Shown: positions 38,715 through 52,229 of the stretch, piece by piece
How positions within the stretch are numbered: the first letter of the stretch is position 1
Layout of the letters: every line of letters begins with the position of its first letter
Source of the DNA: Octopus sinensis
Lineage: Eukaryota
Length of the DNA: 64,000 nt
Assembly (NCBI RefSeq): GCF_006345805.1
Contig: NC_043018.1
Coordinates: forward strand, 25,792,001-25,856,000
Direction of reading: 5' to 3'
Translations under genes and position numbers: made by a program
Notes under the pieces: generated by a model
The model's database searches: none
The model's input: only the letters and a program-made list of their open reading frames with translations
Told to the model about the DNA's origin: nothing

Positions 38715-39960
38715 GAAGGTATATAGACAGAGAGGTGAATTTCATCAGTAAGAACATGGTAGTGAATATTTACTCATGGGTAGATTTTACTTTGTTATTT
38801 AGATTTACTATTAGGGAGGGGGTTTTATTCTATTAAGTTCAGTGGAGACAACCAAGAATTTACCTATTTATAGATAGAGGTACAGGCAGTTTAAGTGGCA
38901 GAACCATAAATCAAACTCTTTTTTGAAGAACCTAACTTTGGTACAGCTTAAAGTATTTTAGCTAAAGTTTGTAGGCTGAAGCTAATGGGGTAGGGGGGAT
39001 AGAAACTTCCGATACCTTAACTATTTAACAGCCATAATCCTATTTGTGATTTGAAATAAATATCCTTTAGATAGTTATTTTTTCAAAGGATTCTAATAAA
39101 TTTTAGTACCTTATATAGGGATGGAGAGTATAGAAATCATTTCATATTTATAAGAATATATACATCAAATTATTATTAATATAGATTTATAGTTAGTAAA
39201 TAGTAATTTATTTGTATTAATGAGTTAAATTAAAGGAATATGCTAGACATATAATTTATTTCCAGCATGTTAATGATTTTAGAATGTACTTCACTTGAGC
39301 TATAAAATAGATAGTGAGTTATAACAGCTTGGTTCTATATAGGTTAAGCGTGTATCTAATAGAAATGTATTATTCGGCAAGATGATATAGTGGGTAAATG
39401 AGTAAGATAAAATGGTTTAAAATTACAGTCAGCAAATTGAAAAATAAAAATAAATTTAGACTGTAGTAGATCAAGAGTAGACTAGATTTGTATTCTAAAA
39501 ACCTATTATAGGATATACCTAGTTTATTTATAATATGTGAGGTAAGCTACTATAAGAAAATGTTTAATAATTATAATATAATTTTATAAATACTAGACTA
39601 AAATTAATGTAATTTATCATGGGAGTTTTCGTGTGAGATTTGTGTATAATAACATGTGAAGAACAGATCAAACCTATTGGTTAGAAATTTTATTAATAAT
39701 CAGACCATTTTAAAATAGAGGCTAAATAGCATAGATATTATTTTCTATTGAATATTAATTAAGGGGAATTTAGAAGAGAATTTTATAGGAATATTCCTAG
39801 CAAGAAAAAAAAACTTATCAATTAGCACATATATCAAGAGCCTTTAAATTATTTTAAAGTGTAATGGAAGGGAGGTAACCAAGACGAACTTAATAATTTC
39901 ACTAGATATATGGAATTTATGCAATAGTCATAGAAAATTTTTAAAGATTTCATTCTACTT
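38715..39960 (+). pseudogene. Highly decayed second PLE (RT C-terminal half plus GIY-YIG)
   Basis: Motifs in shifting frames but colinear with the 6103-8040 element: GIYR, WVDF..DL-like, EVSYYKKMFNNYNIIL (compare KVSYSC..HNRKL), CNLSWEFSC (compare CNFKNESSC), RKKNLSISTY, CNSHRKFL. Confidence 0.55.
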
Positions 39961-39989
39961 TATTTATATTATATTAGTAGGATATATTA

Positions 39990-40085
39990 GGCTCAATAAA
40001 CACTCACAACGCCCGCTCTGAGAATCGAAACCGCGATCCTACGACCGCGAGTCCGCTGCCCTAACCATTGAGCAATAGCGCCTCA
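39990..40085 (-). mobile_element. SINE family C head
   Basis: ctcaataaacactcacaacgccc..ccctaaccattg. Confidence 0.8.
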
Positions 40086-40122
40086 ACATATATATAGTAT
40101 GTATTATATATGTATATATATA

Positions 40123-40163
<41 letters not shown>

Positions 40164-41094
40164 TGTATGTGTGCATGTATACATGTATGTATGTATATAA
40201 TGCATATATATATATATATGCGTGTATAATTAAATGTTTATATATATATATAAACATTTAATCATACACGCACATATATATACATACACATATACATATA
40301 TGCACATATACATGTAAATGTATATATATATATATACGTAAAGTTATATGTATATAGATGCATAGATAGTTATATATATATGTGTGTGTACTGGAATAAC
40401 TTAAAACTTAAGATATACGATAATATTCATTTATCAATACAGATTAATAAAGAAAAACAAATAAGCTGCGATAGTGAACAGGACATAAAACCTTATGTAT
40501 CATTAATCACCAAAATCACCATTCACCATTCTCAGAATCACACGCTGTATCAAGGAAATGGATGCTCTTTGACATACAAATGGGATATTTACAAGAAACC
40601 ATCAAAATCCCCCGATCAATCTCGCCCTATCGACCACCAACTACAAGGAATATTTGGTTCAAAGATCAGCATTCTCGTGTCACAGGGTTTTTTTTACCTC
40701 CTACGTTTGTCAAGCAGACAAGCAATCTCCAAACATGTAACCGGGAAGTTCGATTCTCCAATCACTACATGAGCTACTTCTCTTTATGTGGCGGGTCACC
40801 TAATATCACTGGCGCAACATCGACTGTAAATTCGAAGGAGAAAAACATTTCATTTCTGCTCTTAGAACTATCACCCCTACGGGTATCAATAAACGCCTCA
40901 TTTCCTTCTAATCTATCTAGAGTGACTACTTTCTTCTCAACCGCAGCTATGTAGTTGCGGCTACAAATGCATTTATTTTTTCGGTCTTAGAAAGAGCACG
41001 ACTTTACACTCTCTACATGTGTGCGAGCGGTTGTTTTGATCTATCTATATACATTTTTATACATACGTGAGTATACAAGTATGTGGAGGAATAG

Positions 41095-41263
41095 TGAGAA
41101 TTTACAAAAAACAAAAGACGAAGACAGATGTGTAAATAACAAGATGTATTAGTTTAACGCTCGGGAAGTGAGAAAGTCTTTACGTTTCGAGCCAACACTC
41201 TTTGACAGAAAGGAACCCAGAAATAAACGGAAAAAATAGAAAAAGGTTTAGTGGCTAGCGATT
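41095..41263 (-). mobile_element. Short HHR-bearing dispersed element (variant-core family, degenerate core)
   Basis: Minus strand: cttt CTGTCAA a gagt gttg gctc GAAAC GTA aag at 41178-41212. Confidence 0.7.
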
Positions 41264-41401
41264 TTTCCTGGCGTTCTATCTATCAATGTAGGGATAAATG
41301 TGTGTATACATCCACGCCTACGTACGTATGTGTGTACATATATATTCACACATACCCACGCACACAGACATATATATATATACATAATCTTTTTATATAG
41401 G

Positions 41402-42000
41402 TACAGGCATGGTTGTGTGGTAAGAAGTTTCCTCCCAACCATATGATTCCGTGTTCAGTCCCACTGCATGACACCTTGGGCGAGTACCTCCTCCAATACC
41501 CTTGGACCGCCCAAAGCATTGTGATTGAATTTGGTACACAGATATATAACGGGAAGGTTTACGAAAAAAAAAAGACGAAGGCAGGTTTACGAAAATAAAC
41601 AAAAGATGAAGGCAGGTGGAGTACAAACAAACGATGTATTAGTATGGCGTTCAGGAATAGAAATAAAACACGTCTTTTACGTTTCGAGCCTACGCTCTTC
41701 GACAGAAAGATACACAGAAAAGAAACAAGGAGAGAAAAAAATTGCGTGTAGGAGCTAACGATCCATACATAAGTATGTGTGTGTGTGTATTTGCGTATGT
41801 GTTTGTCGCCCACCGCTGCTTGGCAACCACAGCTGGTTTGCTTATGTCCCCGTAACTTGGCAGTTCGGCAAAGAGAACGACAGAATATTTCAAATTTAAA
41901 TAACAAGTACGGGGTCAATAAATTCCTCTAAAGTTCTTTAAGGCGGTGCCCCAGTATGGCCGCAGTGTAATGCGTGAAACGAATCAAAGATATAAGATAT
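41402..42000 (+). mobile_element. SINE family A, diverged, interrupted by the HHR element at 41545-41763
   Basis: The 5' and 3' halves flank the insertion. Confidence 0.75.
41545..41763 (-). mobile_element. Short HHR-bearing element, subfamily 2, nested in a SINE
   Basis: HHR at 41674-41709 with CTGTCGA core. It interrupts the SINE at 41402-42000 at its central TA tract. Confidence 0.72.
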
Positions 42001-42384
42001 ATATACATAAGTATAGTTTCCTTATATATATAATCTTTTTATTTTGCATTCTAGCAGGTTTCGCTCAAGAACTCGTCAACAGAATATGAGAAAATTATTT
42101 GTAATAACGAAAATATATAAAGAGATGAAATAGTTACAGGTTGAAAGAGAATGAAAGGCAAAGAGTGTTCTGTAAGGAATTTAAGTGGAAGTTTAAGGTT
42201 TTTAAACAATAAGGTAAGGAGTGTTAAGTAGCAACTTAACAGGTCAAGGTTTTAAAAATTGGCTGCTAAGCGAGAATGACGGGAAGGTACGATAACTGAA
42301 ATACTGTGCCTGCGTTTTTTTTAATTCCTCTTAGAAGATGACTAGAATACATACATACATACATACATACATACACATACATAC

Positions 42385-42432
<48 letters not shown>

Positions 42433-43417
42433 ATATAATATATAATATATATATATATATATATTATATATATAGTGGGGGGGATGTGTGCGTACAATCA
42501 CGTTTGACATGTTCGTGTACACTCGGATGTGGAAAGGCTTTCTTTCTCGAAAGATTTTGTTTGCTTTTGTAACCGACATCCCCTTATTCATGAGAGTTAT
42601 ATTCATTTCTTCCCCGTATTAACAACTCCCTCTCTTTATCCAGTAAACAATTCATCATCACTCTCTGACGAGCCCCTCTCTGCGAAACCTTAGAACTTTT
42701 ATTCCCGAAGGCAAAATTATTCATTCCACTCTGTGAACATTTGGCACTATCATTTTGGCCTACGCAAACCATAAATGTTTTCCTAGGATTCTACTGTTTC
42801 ATTGCCATAGGATCTGTTTGATTTGTATATTTGTGAGTGTATGTGTTTTGTGTGTGTTCCTGTGTGTGCACTTCTGTTCTTTAAATGACTCTGATATAAT
42901 CTTTATGGTGGATATTATGATGAAGGTGTTAAAATGACTTCTTTTAATGGTCACGATAGAATCTCTATGTTCAGAATTATCTTCGAGGTGTCCAAATAAC
43001 CCTTTTTAATAGCTAGAAAACAATCTGTATCTTCCGTATCTTCCAGAAGTCTTAGTGACCTTTTGAAAGAGCTTGTTTTTTCTCTTTTTTTCTGTTTTAG
43101 GAGGGTTTTTTTAACGATTTTATTTATGATGTTTTTTCTTTGCTTTCTTGTTTCCGTCGCCGCCATATTCATTTATGTTTCGTTGTATTTTATGTTTTCT
43201 GTAATATTTTACAATTTTTTTCTGCTTTTCTTTTGTTTGTTTTTTGCCATAAACATCATTCAGATTTGATAATCAGGAGGATCTTGGTTCTACTTTAGTC
43301 TTGGTAATCAATGTTTCATTGATTTTTTTCGCTTTCATCAGCAAAGATTTTAGGATTCGGAAACAGACCTTGGGAAGTAAAAAGAATAATAAACAGTACT
43401 TAGGTAAGTTACGCTAG

Positions 43418-43455
<38 letters not shown>

Positions 43456-43644
43456 TATATATAATATATATATATATATACATATAATAGATATATATAG
43501 AGAGAAGATACATGTGTATATATATATATACACACACACACATGTGTTGGTTTCAAAAGGCAGTATATAATTATAGAATTAAAGGTAATGCTATTGATAC
43601 TTCGGAGTAATCCTTATTTTTAATATTGCCAATATATATAGAGA

Positions 43645-43695
<51 letters not shown>

Positions 43696-43759
43696 TATAG
43701 ATTCGGTTGGTCAAAGTTACACAGTAATTTAAATAAGTACACATAAGTCAACTTACACA

Positions 43760-44002
43760 TAGCGGCAGACGAAATACCTATTTCTTTACTACCCACAAGG
43801 AGCTAAACACAGCGAAGACAGACAAATGGATAAAGTCGATTATATCGACCCCAGTGCGTGACTGGTACTTATTTAATCGACCCCTAAAGGATGAAAGGCA
43901 AAGTCAACCTCGGCGGAATTTGAACTCAGAACGTAAAGACAGACGAAATACTGTTAAGCATTTCGCCCTGGATACTAACGATTCTGCCAGTTCGCCGCCT
44001 TA
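43760..44002 (-). mobile_element. SINE family B, full length
   Basis: Reverse complement homology to 10301-10525. Confidence 0.88.
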
Positions 44003-44471
44003 GCCTCTTATATAAATATTAACTTTAAAATAAATTAATTTAACACAGGTACATCATCGATTTTCCGGAATATTTGGCTCCAAAACCATTCCGGTTTATT
44101 GATTTTTCCAAATCAGAGATTGTCACGTTGTCCAACATACTTGAAAATAAACACTAAATTTACTTAAATAATTAAATGAAATACAGGTAACTCTACATTA
44201 ATGTACATGATATAAGTTTATTTATACTGTACTGCGTAGTGTACAAGTAAACTAGTGTAATGGCAGCGGCGGCGGGAGTTTGAAGTTGCTGGTCATAAAT
44301 TAGTGTGGATTATAAGAGGTTCCGACCGTGTCCACGAAGTCGGTGTTGTATTTGTATTACGCTAAACTGCTTGTTAGTCACAACCACAAACACAACGGCA
44401 ATAACAATAATGTGAGACAACGAAGTATGAATAAATAAGTAAATAAATAAATATACAAAATCAAACATACA

Positions 44472-44644
44472 CAGCAGGTGCAGGGTGTGGAAAGAGGTTT
44501 GCTTCCAGCTACATGGTTCCGAGTTCAGTTCCACTGCATGGCACCTTTAGCAAGTGTCTTCTGCAAAGTCTATAGTTTCCGGCAGACCAAAGCCTTGTGG
44601 GAGGTTTTTTTTTTTTGTAGAAGGAAACTAAAAGCCCATCGTAT

Positions 44645-44645
<1 letters not shown>
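44472..44645 (+). mobile_element. SINE family A, 5' half
   Basis: Homology to family A. Confidence 0.7.
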
Positions 44646-44672
<27 letters not shown>

Positions 44673-44676
<4 letters not shown>

Positions 44677-44859
44677 ACGGAAAGGTTTACGAAAATAAAC
44701 AAAAGACGGAGGCGGGTGGAGTACAAACAAACAAATGTATTAGTATAGCGCTCAGGAATAGAAAAAGTCTTTTACGTTTCGAGCCTACGCTCTTCGACAT
44801 AAAGATACACAGAAAAAAACAAGGAGAGAAAAAAATGCGTGTAGGAGCTAACGATCTAT
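44673..44859 (-). mobile_element. Short HHR-bearing element, subfamily 2
   Basis: HHR at 44769-44804 with ATGTCGA core. It directly follows a SINE 5' half and a (TA)n tract. Confidence 0.7.
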
Positions 44860-44889
44860 CATGGCGTCCTATATATATATATAATTTCT

Positions 44890-45420
44890 TTATCACAAGT
44901 TTTGTTGGAGTTCCTAGAGTCTTGCATACGTAGTGGGCTTAATACATGCTGCCTACGATACTATGATATTGGTTCTTTTCAGATATCTAATACTTGCCTA
45001 TTTATTCTGCTCGTGCCAAGGAGGCAAACCTTTTGGAACAGTTCTACTGGGTACTTTATTCCAATTTCCTTCATATTCCTCTTGATACTTTCTGATACTG
45101 TCCCCAAGGACCCAACACTAATTGGCACTATCTTCACCTTCTTCATTCTCCATAGCAGGGCTATTTCATGCTTAAGAGGGTTGTATCTATCTATCTATCT
45201 ATCTTTTCGCCTTCCTTCTTGAATATCTATGGTTCAAAGAGGCATGCAACGTCAACTATATAGAATATGTGGTGCACCTTGTCCACCACCACTAGGTCTA
45301 GTCTGTTATGCTCTAGTACCTCATCTGTTTGGACTGGAATATCCCAGAGGATTCTAATAGTCTCCGACTCTGCCACTCTCTGCGGTTTGTGCTCATACCT
45401 CGTCTTGCCTCTCTCTCCAT
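44890..45420 (-). mobile_element. R4/Dong-like restriction-like endonuclease domain and 3' end
   Basis: YEHKPQRVAESETIRILWDIPVQTDEVLEHNRLDLVVVDK..IVDVAC...LWRMKKVKIVPISVGSLGTV...QKVCLLGTSRI. Confidence 0.85.
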
Positions 45421-45427
45421 TCCGTAA

Positions 45428-45496
<69 letters not shown>

Positions 45497-46133
45497 ATAT
45501 AATATATATATATTATATTATATATATATACATGTATATATGACATGTGTGTGTGTGTATGTATATATGAATGCATGTATGTATGTATACATATACATAT
45601 AAGTATATTGTAGTAATAATTATTATTACATAGCATTACCCGTACTTTGTCTAAATTTAGCCCGCAGGCCACATTTTGTTTGTTTATTTAGTTAGCTTTT
45701 GTTCCTCGTCCCGTCCTTATTATCCATGTACTGTTTGTCTGTACTCGGTCCCATATTCCCGGCAGCTCTTGCCAGTACCCCTAGATGAGAAGTAATATTA
45801 TCGCTAAAGGCACGAAATTGCGTTCGATTCACTGGCTGATAACTCATGAGGAATTGGGGAACTTCTTTGTCTGTTTTCCGTTCGCCTGTGTAATTACTAT
45901 AGGTTTTTTTAACTTGCCATTCTGTATCTGTCTTTCGTTTCTACATTTACTATATAATAATATATTGTATATTTTATATACAATACTTATATTTTATACA
46001 CAACATCGATTGTCAAGCCGTAGGAGGACAAATATAAAAATAAAGGCACACACACACACACACACACCACACACACACACACACACACACGCACATACAC
46101 ATACGACGGTCTACTGCGTAATTTCCGTTCAGT

Positions 46134-46509
46134 GGAAGCACTCCGTCGGTTACGACGACGAGGGTTCCGGTTGATCCGATCAACGGAACAGCCTGCTCGT
46201 GAAATTAACGTGTAAGTGGCTGAGCACTCCAGAGACACGTGTACCCTTAACGTAGTTCTCGGGGATATTCAGCGTGACACAGAGAGTGACAAGGCCGGTC
46301 CCTTGAAATACAGGTACAACAGAAACAGGAAGTAAGAGTGAGAGAGTGAAAGAGTACAGCAGGGATCACCACAATCCCCTGCCGGATCCTCGTGGAGCTT
46401 TTTTAGGTGTTTTCGTTCAATAAACACTCACAACGCCCGGTCTGGGAATCGAAACCGCGATCCTATGACCGCGAGTCCGCTGCCCTAACCACTGGGCCAT
46501 TGCGCCTCC
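46134..46509 (-). mobile_element. SINE family C, full length, inserted in a family A remnant
   Basis: Near-identical to 20128-20510. TSD tttccgttca at 46122-46131 and 46513-46522. Confidence 0.92.
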
Positions 46510-47190
46510 AAGTTTCCGTTCAATAAATCCACTCACAAGGCATTGATCGGCCCACGGTTTTAGTAAAAGATACTCACTCAAGCTGGCACGCAGTGAAACT
46601 GAAGCCGAAATAAGTGGTTACAATGCAAGCTTCTTAACCACACACAGTCAAACATATTTTATTGATTTTCACAACGTAAATATTTATCCAATGCAAGAAA
46701 GTTCAAACAGATTCAGGTACAATTTACAAACCGCTGTTGTTCTTCCATTCACAGCCATATATTCTCTCCACGTTACAACTGAAAATGCAATAAACCCAAA
46801 CAGCTTCTCATGTTCTAATTACTCTTGGGAAACGGTAATTTTTTTCTTCACCTGAAATGTAAGATTATTAAAATTTTAAGATAAAGACTCGATTGTTTTT
46901 CTTGTTTGTTTTTCTTTTAATTAATATAATAAAATTTTTGTAGAACTGCATCAACGTGACTCTCTAAATCAATGTTTTCTTAGGTACGGCAAGGCTTCGA
47001 GAAATCAACATCACGCTCATAAACATACATACAGTCATACATACACATACACACACACACTTACATACACACACCTACACACATACACATACATATATTT
47101 ATATACACGCATACTTACATATATACTCATGTATACATATAAAACACATATATAATACAAACACACATATATATACACACACATATATAC

Positions 47191-47238
<48 letters not shown>

Positions 47239-47289
47239 ATGTATGTATGTATGTATTGTTTAAATTGATTGGTTGAAATGTAGAAAGAT

Positions 47290-47293
47290 AGAC

Positions 47294-47368
<75 letters not shown>

Positions 47369-47369
47369 C

Positions 47370-47400
<31 letters not shown>

Positions 47401-47448
47401 AGATAGATAGATTGATGATGATAGATAGATAGATAGATAGATAGATAG

Positions 47449-47487
<39 letters not shown>

Positions 47488-47566
47488 TAGATAGATAGAT
47501 AGATAGATAGTAGACAGATAGAAGATTGATAGTAGATAGATAGATAGATAGATAGATTGATTTGAT

Positions 47567-47664
<98 letters not shown>

Positions 47665-47665
47665 C
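47290..47665. repeat. (GATA)n microsatellite (others at 12745-12865, 52085-52190, 53695-53785, 54215-54365)
   Basis: Direct inspection. Confidence 0.97.
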
Positions 47666-48275
47666 AGGTCTATTAGGTGCGTATGACAGAAAATGCGAGG
47701 ACTATTTAAATAGATGTGTGAACAAGTTCAGGAGGAGATATTTGATCGGGGAAATTAAGCGTGATTTACCATAGAAACAGCCGCACATGCGCACACACAC
47801 ACACGCAGGTGCGCACACGGACAAACAATAAACGCGTGCCTTTCTCACAATTCGCTTGCAATATCCGCTCTCGATTATCCATCTTTGTATCGCTCTCTCT
47901 CTCGCGCTCCTCTCTCTCTTTCACTCCCACCCTTTCTCTCTAATTTTCTATCTAACAATCTGTTCCCTATTTCGAAATATCCTATCAATCCCTTTTTTTT
48001 CTTCTTTATTTTTATCAGCTAGCATCTAAGAACATCTATCAACCAGCTACTTTTACTCTTATACAACGGTCTGAATACTCTAAAACTCTCTCTCTCTTCC
48101 TCCGTCTCTCTCTCTCTTTTTCTCCCAGAATCTTTGTTTCTATCTTGCCATTGTCTCTCTTTCTCTATCTCCCCATAACTCTCCGGTCATATATATCTAT
48201 GCATACACATACCACATTTATACATATATATCTATATATATATACATACATATATATGTGTGTGTGTGTGTGTGT

Positions 48276-48330
<55 letters not shown>

Positions 48331-48512
48331 TGTTAAACTTGGGGATGGTCTTTTTATGATCGCTTTCTTTTTCGCCAAATAATCACACGCAGAATAATTG
48401 ACAAAAAGTAAAACAAAAAAATGGCCATCCCTAAATATAACAATATTTGCTTCTACACACGTTTCGCATCAAGAATCTTGCAAAATAAATGCGTGAAAGA
48501 AAAAAAAAAAAA

Positions 48513-48557
<45 letters not shown>

Positions 48558-48561
48558 TATA

Positions 48562-48600
<39 letters not shown>

Positions 48601-48727
48601 CCACACTACAAAATAATACTATAGGCACAGATGCACCCACAGAAAAACACGCACAGACACAGCACACACACAAAGATGTATATATATACTATATATATAT
48701 ATGTGTGTGTGTGTATGTATATATATG

Positions 48728-48780
<53 letters not shown>

Positions 48781-49264
48781 ATGTATGTATGTATGTATGT
48801 CTATATATATGTATATATATATATATATATATAATATTATTATATATATAATATACATACATATATAAGCCCATTACATATATATATTCATAGATATTTT
48901 GTCTATGAAGCGTGATACTGATTTTTGCAAGTAAATTATAGAAACTTCGTGCCCGAAATTCGATTTTGCACTTAAAAGACAAAAAAAATTACGCTCCTTT
49001 AAGTTTGTGTTGAGGAATGTATGCGCGCTCACGTGAGCATATGTGTGCGTGTGTGTCTGTCTGTCTGGTTGGCTGTCTATCTGTGTTGTGTGTGTGTTGA
49101 CTGCGTCTTTATACCTAGTTTATATTTTATATATATTATATAATTATTATTTATACTCATTTCTTTTGCAAACGAATAAAATTAATCCATTTAGTTTAAA
49201 TATTTGCATCAGCAAAATAAATATTAAAAAGAAATACGTTAATTCATTGCACACACACAGACAC

Positions 49265-49301
<37 letters not shown>

Positions 49302-49304
49302 GTA

Positions 49305-49373
<69 letters not shown>

Positions 49374-49639
49374 TGTATTAATTGCAAGGAAAAACAGAAA
49401 TATTATGGTATATACAAATAATAGTAAACAGCATTCAAAACATGAAGAAATACATATAAAAATAGGGAAAAAACATTGATTAAAGTCAATTTTTTAATCT
49501 GAAACTTTTAATAACGTGTTGGTAAGCTTGTTTATTTTAGCAACCACCAGATGTGTGTGTGGAGGGGGAGTATCACGTGTCTATTTGTTTCTGTGTGTAT
49601 GCTTAGGCATACATTTATATATATATACATATATATATA

Positions 49640-49867
49640 CCGGAGTAAACACATAAATGTGAAACAAGGTGGAAAAAAGAGTACTCAAATACCAGTGGTA
49701 GAGTAATATGCTTTATTTTAAGCAGCAGAAAATTCAACAAAATCTGTTACCTGAGTTTCTCGTTGCCGTTCATCAGACAGTTTTTGCTAGCAAAAACTGT
49801 CTGATGAACGGCAACGAGAAACTCAGAGTAACAGATTTTGTTGAATTTTCTGCTGCTTAAAATAAAG
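49640..49867 (-). mobile_element. Solo pLTR fold-back of the 5032-9234 PLE family, with two head-to-head HHRs
   Basis: 49640-49790 matches the reverse complement of 9085-9234. Spacerless palindrome 49711-49867 centred on gctagc. (TA)n flanks. Confidence 0.88.
49797..49834 (+). ncRNA. Type I minimal hammerhead ribozyme
   Basis: ctgt CTGATGA acggcaacga GAAA ctcaga GTA acag. The mirror copy at 49744-49780 (-) has a 1-nt deletion in stem III. Confidence 0.72.
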
Positions 49868-49922
<55 letters not shown>

Positions 49923-50787
49923 GATGTATATGTATTATATACTTATATATATCTACTATTATGCATATGTACTGTATGTGCATGTACGATATACGTATAT
50001 GTATGGTTCGTATGTAAATATATAATCTATATATACTTACATAGTTCTATATAATATATCAATAAGTAATATATATATATATTATATACAAACATATATA
50101 TTATATATATATATATATATATAGATGATTCTGTGTGTGTGTATGTGTGTGCGTGCCTGTGTGTGTTCGTGCATATTATGTGGCTTGTTCCGAGAAGTTT
50201 CTTATGATCAACGCGAAGGTTTATTCCCCCTTAAACTTGAAGCTATACCTTACATCGTTTTGTGTTAGAAATATATTTTAGCCTGTGCATATGAACACTT
50301 ATGCATACATGCACACATATACACATACCTTAAATATACCATAGACATATACACGTGTGTGTGTGTGTATATATATATATATACATATATACATACACAT
50401 ACATACACCATGTCTATGCATACGTATATCTATATATGTTTTACGTATGAAGGTGTACTGTAAGGTATCAAAGTGCACTTATGGTATATACGTTGCATAT
50501 ATATATATGCAACGTATATACCATATGTGCATTTTGATACCTTACAGCACACCTTCATACGTAAAGCATTTAAATCATAAGCGTGCTTTTAATATAAAAT
50601 GTTAGCGCATAGTGTACCTAAAGCACTTGTGAAGTTATATATAGCATTAAAAAACATGTTTTTGCTGCTGGATACCACAGAAATCATATATAGTAATGTA
50701 CTGTTATTCAAATCTTCTCAGATTCCTTTCGTTACATATTGTCTCCTTCTCTATCTCTCTCTTTCTCTCTTTCTCTCTCCCTCCCTT

Positions 50788-50820
<33 letters not shown>

Positions 50821-51930
50821 GCTTGCTTGCTCACTCCCTCTTTCTGCATCCTCCACCACGTGGATATACAATTCACACCTAAATATATTGACAGTGCTCT
50901 AAATATCCATTGCCGACGAACGATACACACGTGGTCACATATTGAACTGAGCGGAAGGGAATGGGTGAAGAAAAAGTTCTTTCAAAGACAGGAGAGTGCA
51001 AGAGAAGGAGGTATGTGTGTGTATATGTGGGCATATATATACACACACATATATATATTTATATATATAGATGTATAGATGTATGTATGTTTGCGTATTT
51101 AAACCACGTCTATGCGATATACCGTACATCTTTACTAAACATCATAAATGCTTTTTGTAGTAAGACGTTCTTTAATAAATATGCTCCATTATTTTTTTCT
51201 TTAATGTAAGACGAGACTAAAATAATAGAAGTCGACGCATGATGACGAACCTTCAAATAATAAACAAGCAAATAATAAAAGAGGCCAAAGAAATGCGATA
51301 AATGCAACGTCCAAAGTCGATGAAAAGTTTGTAAACCCTGTGTGCGTGTGTGCGTGCGTGTGTGCGTGCATGTGTGCATGCGTGAGTGTGTGTGCGTGTG
51401 CTTGTACCCGTTTACGTATGTTTCTAGCAGATAATGCATCTATGAGTTTGTAATATATCTATATATTTATCAAAGTCTCTCTCTCTATATACATACTACA
51501 TACATACATACATACATACATACATACATACATACATACATACATACATGCATAAGTCTGTGTTTATATATTGTATATTTTTCCTTTAAGGTACGAGAAA
51601 GAAGAAAAGGACTCCATCCGATGAAAGATAAATATAATTTAATACACGCAGTATATATTTAAAGCTAGCAATAGTTTCATGCATTGGGATGCAGTATAGG
51701 CATGTTTTGATAACACACTTTGTGTTTCTGATGAGCGCTTGGAGATACAAGTCATGTTATTAAATGAGTAGTTCGTAAATGTATACTGTTCACAAGAAGT
51801 AATATATATTATCGCTGTATTGTGTATTTGTTACTCTCTATATCTGTTATTTATTATTCATTTTCTGTAAAAATGAAACTGTATCTCTTTATTTGATGCT
51901 GTTATATACACATACCGAGATACTTTTGTA

Positions 51931-52037
51931 ATCACCTGAAGAGACACATCTACACCGACGGATACTCCCCAAACCAGCTGTTCTGTATCCCACTCGTGAT
52001 GGATCGATGCTAGATGCGTTGAAACAACTTTAGTGAT
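51931..52037 (+). ncRNA. Degenerate type I hammerhead with long stem II
   Basis: atcac CTGAAGA gacacatcta...tagatgcgtt GAAAC aact TTA gtgat, followed by AATAAA. Confidence 0.55.
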
Positions 52038-52109
52038 CAATAAACATTTTCGTATCTTCCATCTTCCGTCTCTCTCATTAATCAATTAGATAGATAGATA
52101 GATAGATAT

Positions 52110-52163
<54 letters not shown>

Positions 52164-52190
52164 GGATGGATGGATGGATGGATGGATAGA

Positions 52191-52226
<36 letters not shown>

Positions 52227-52229
52227 CTC

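Noticed and set aside
40215-40285. Short palindrome centred on (TA)n
   Set aside because: Mostly self-complementary TA/CA-TG microsatellite, as expected in this background.
40380-40954. Two overlapping 130-aa ORFs in non-repetitive sequence
   Set aside because: No recognisable motif in any frame. They could be a TE relic or exon, but this cannot be supported without a search.
42660-42695. CTGACGA gc..gc GAAAC motif
   Set aside because: No NUH triplet or stem I.
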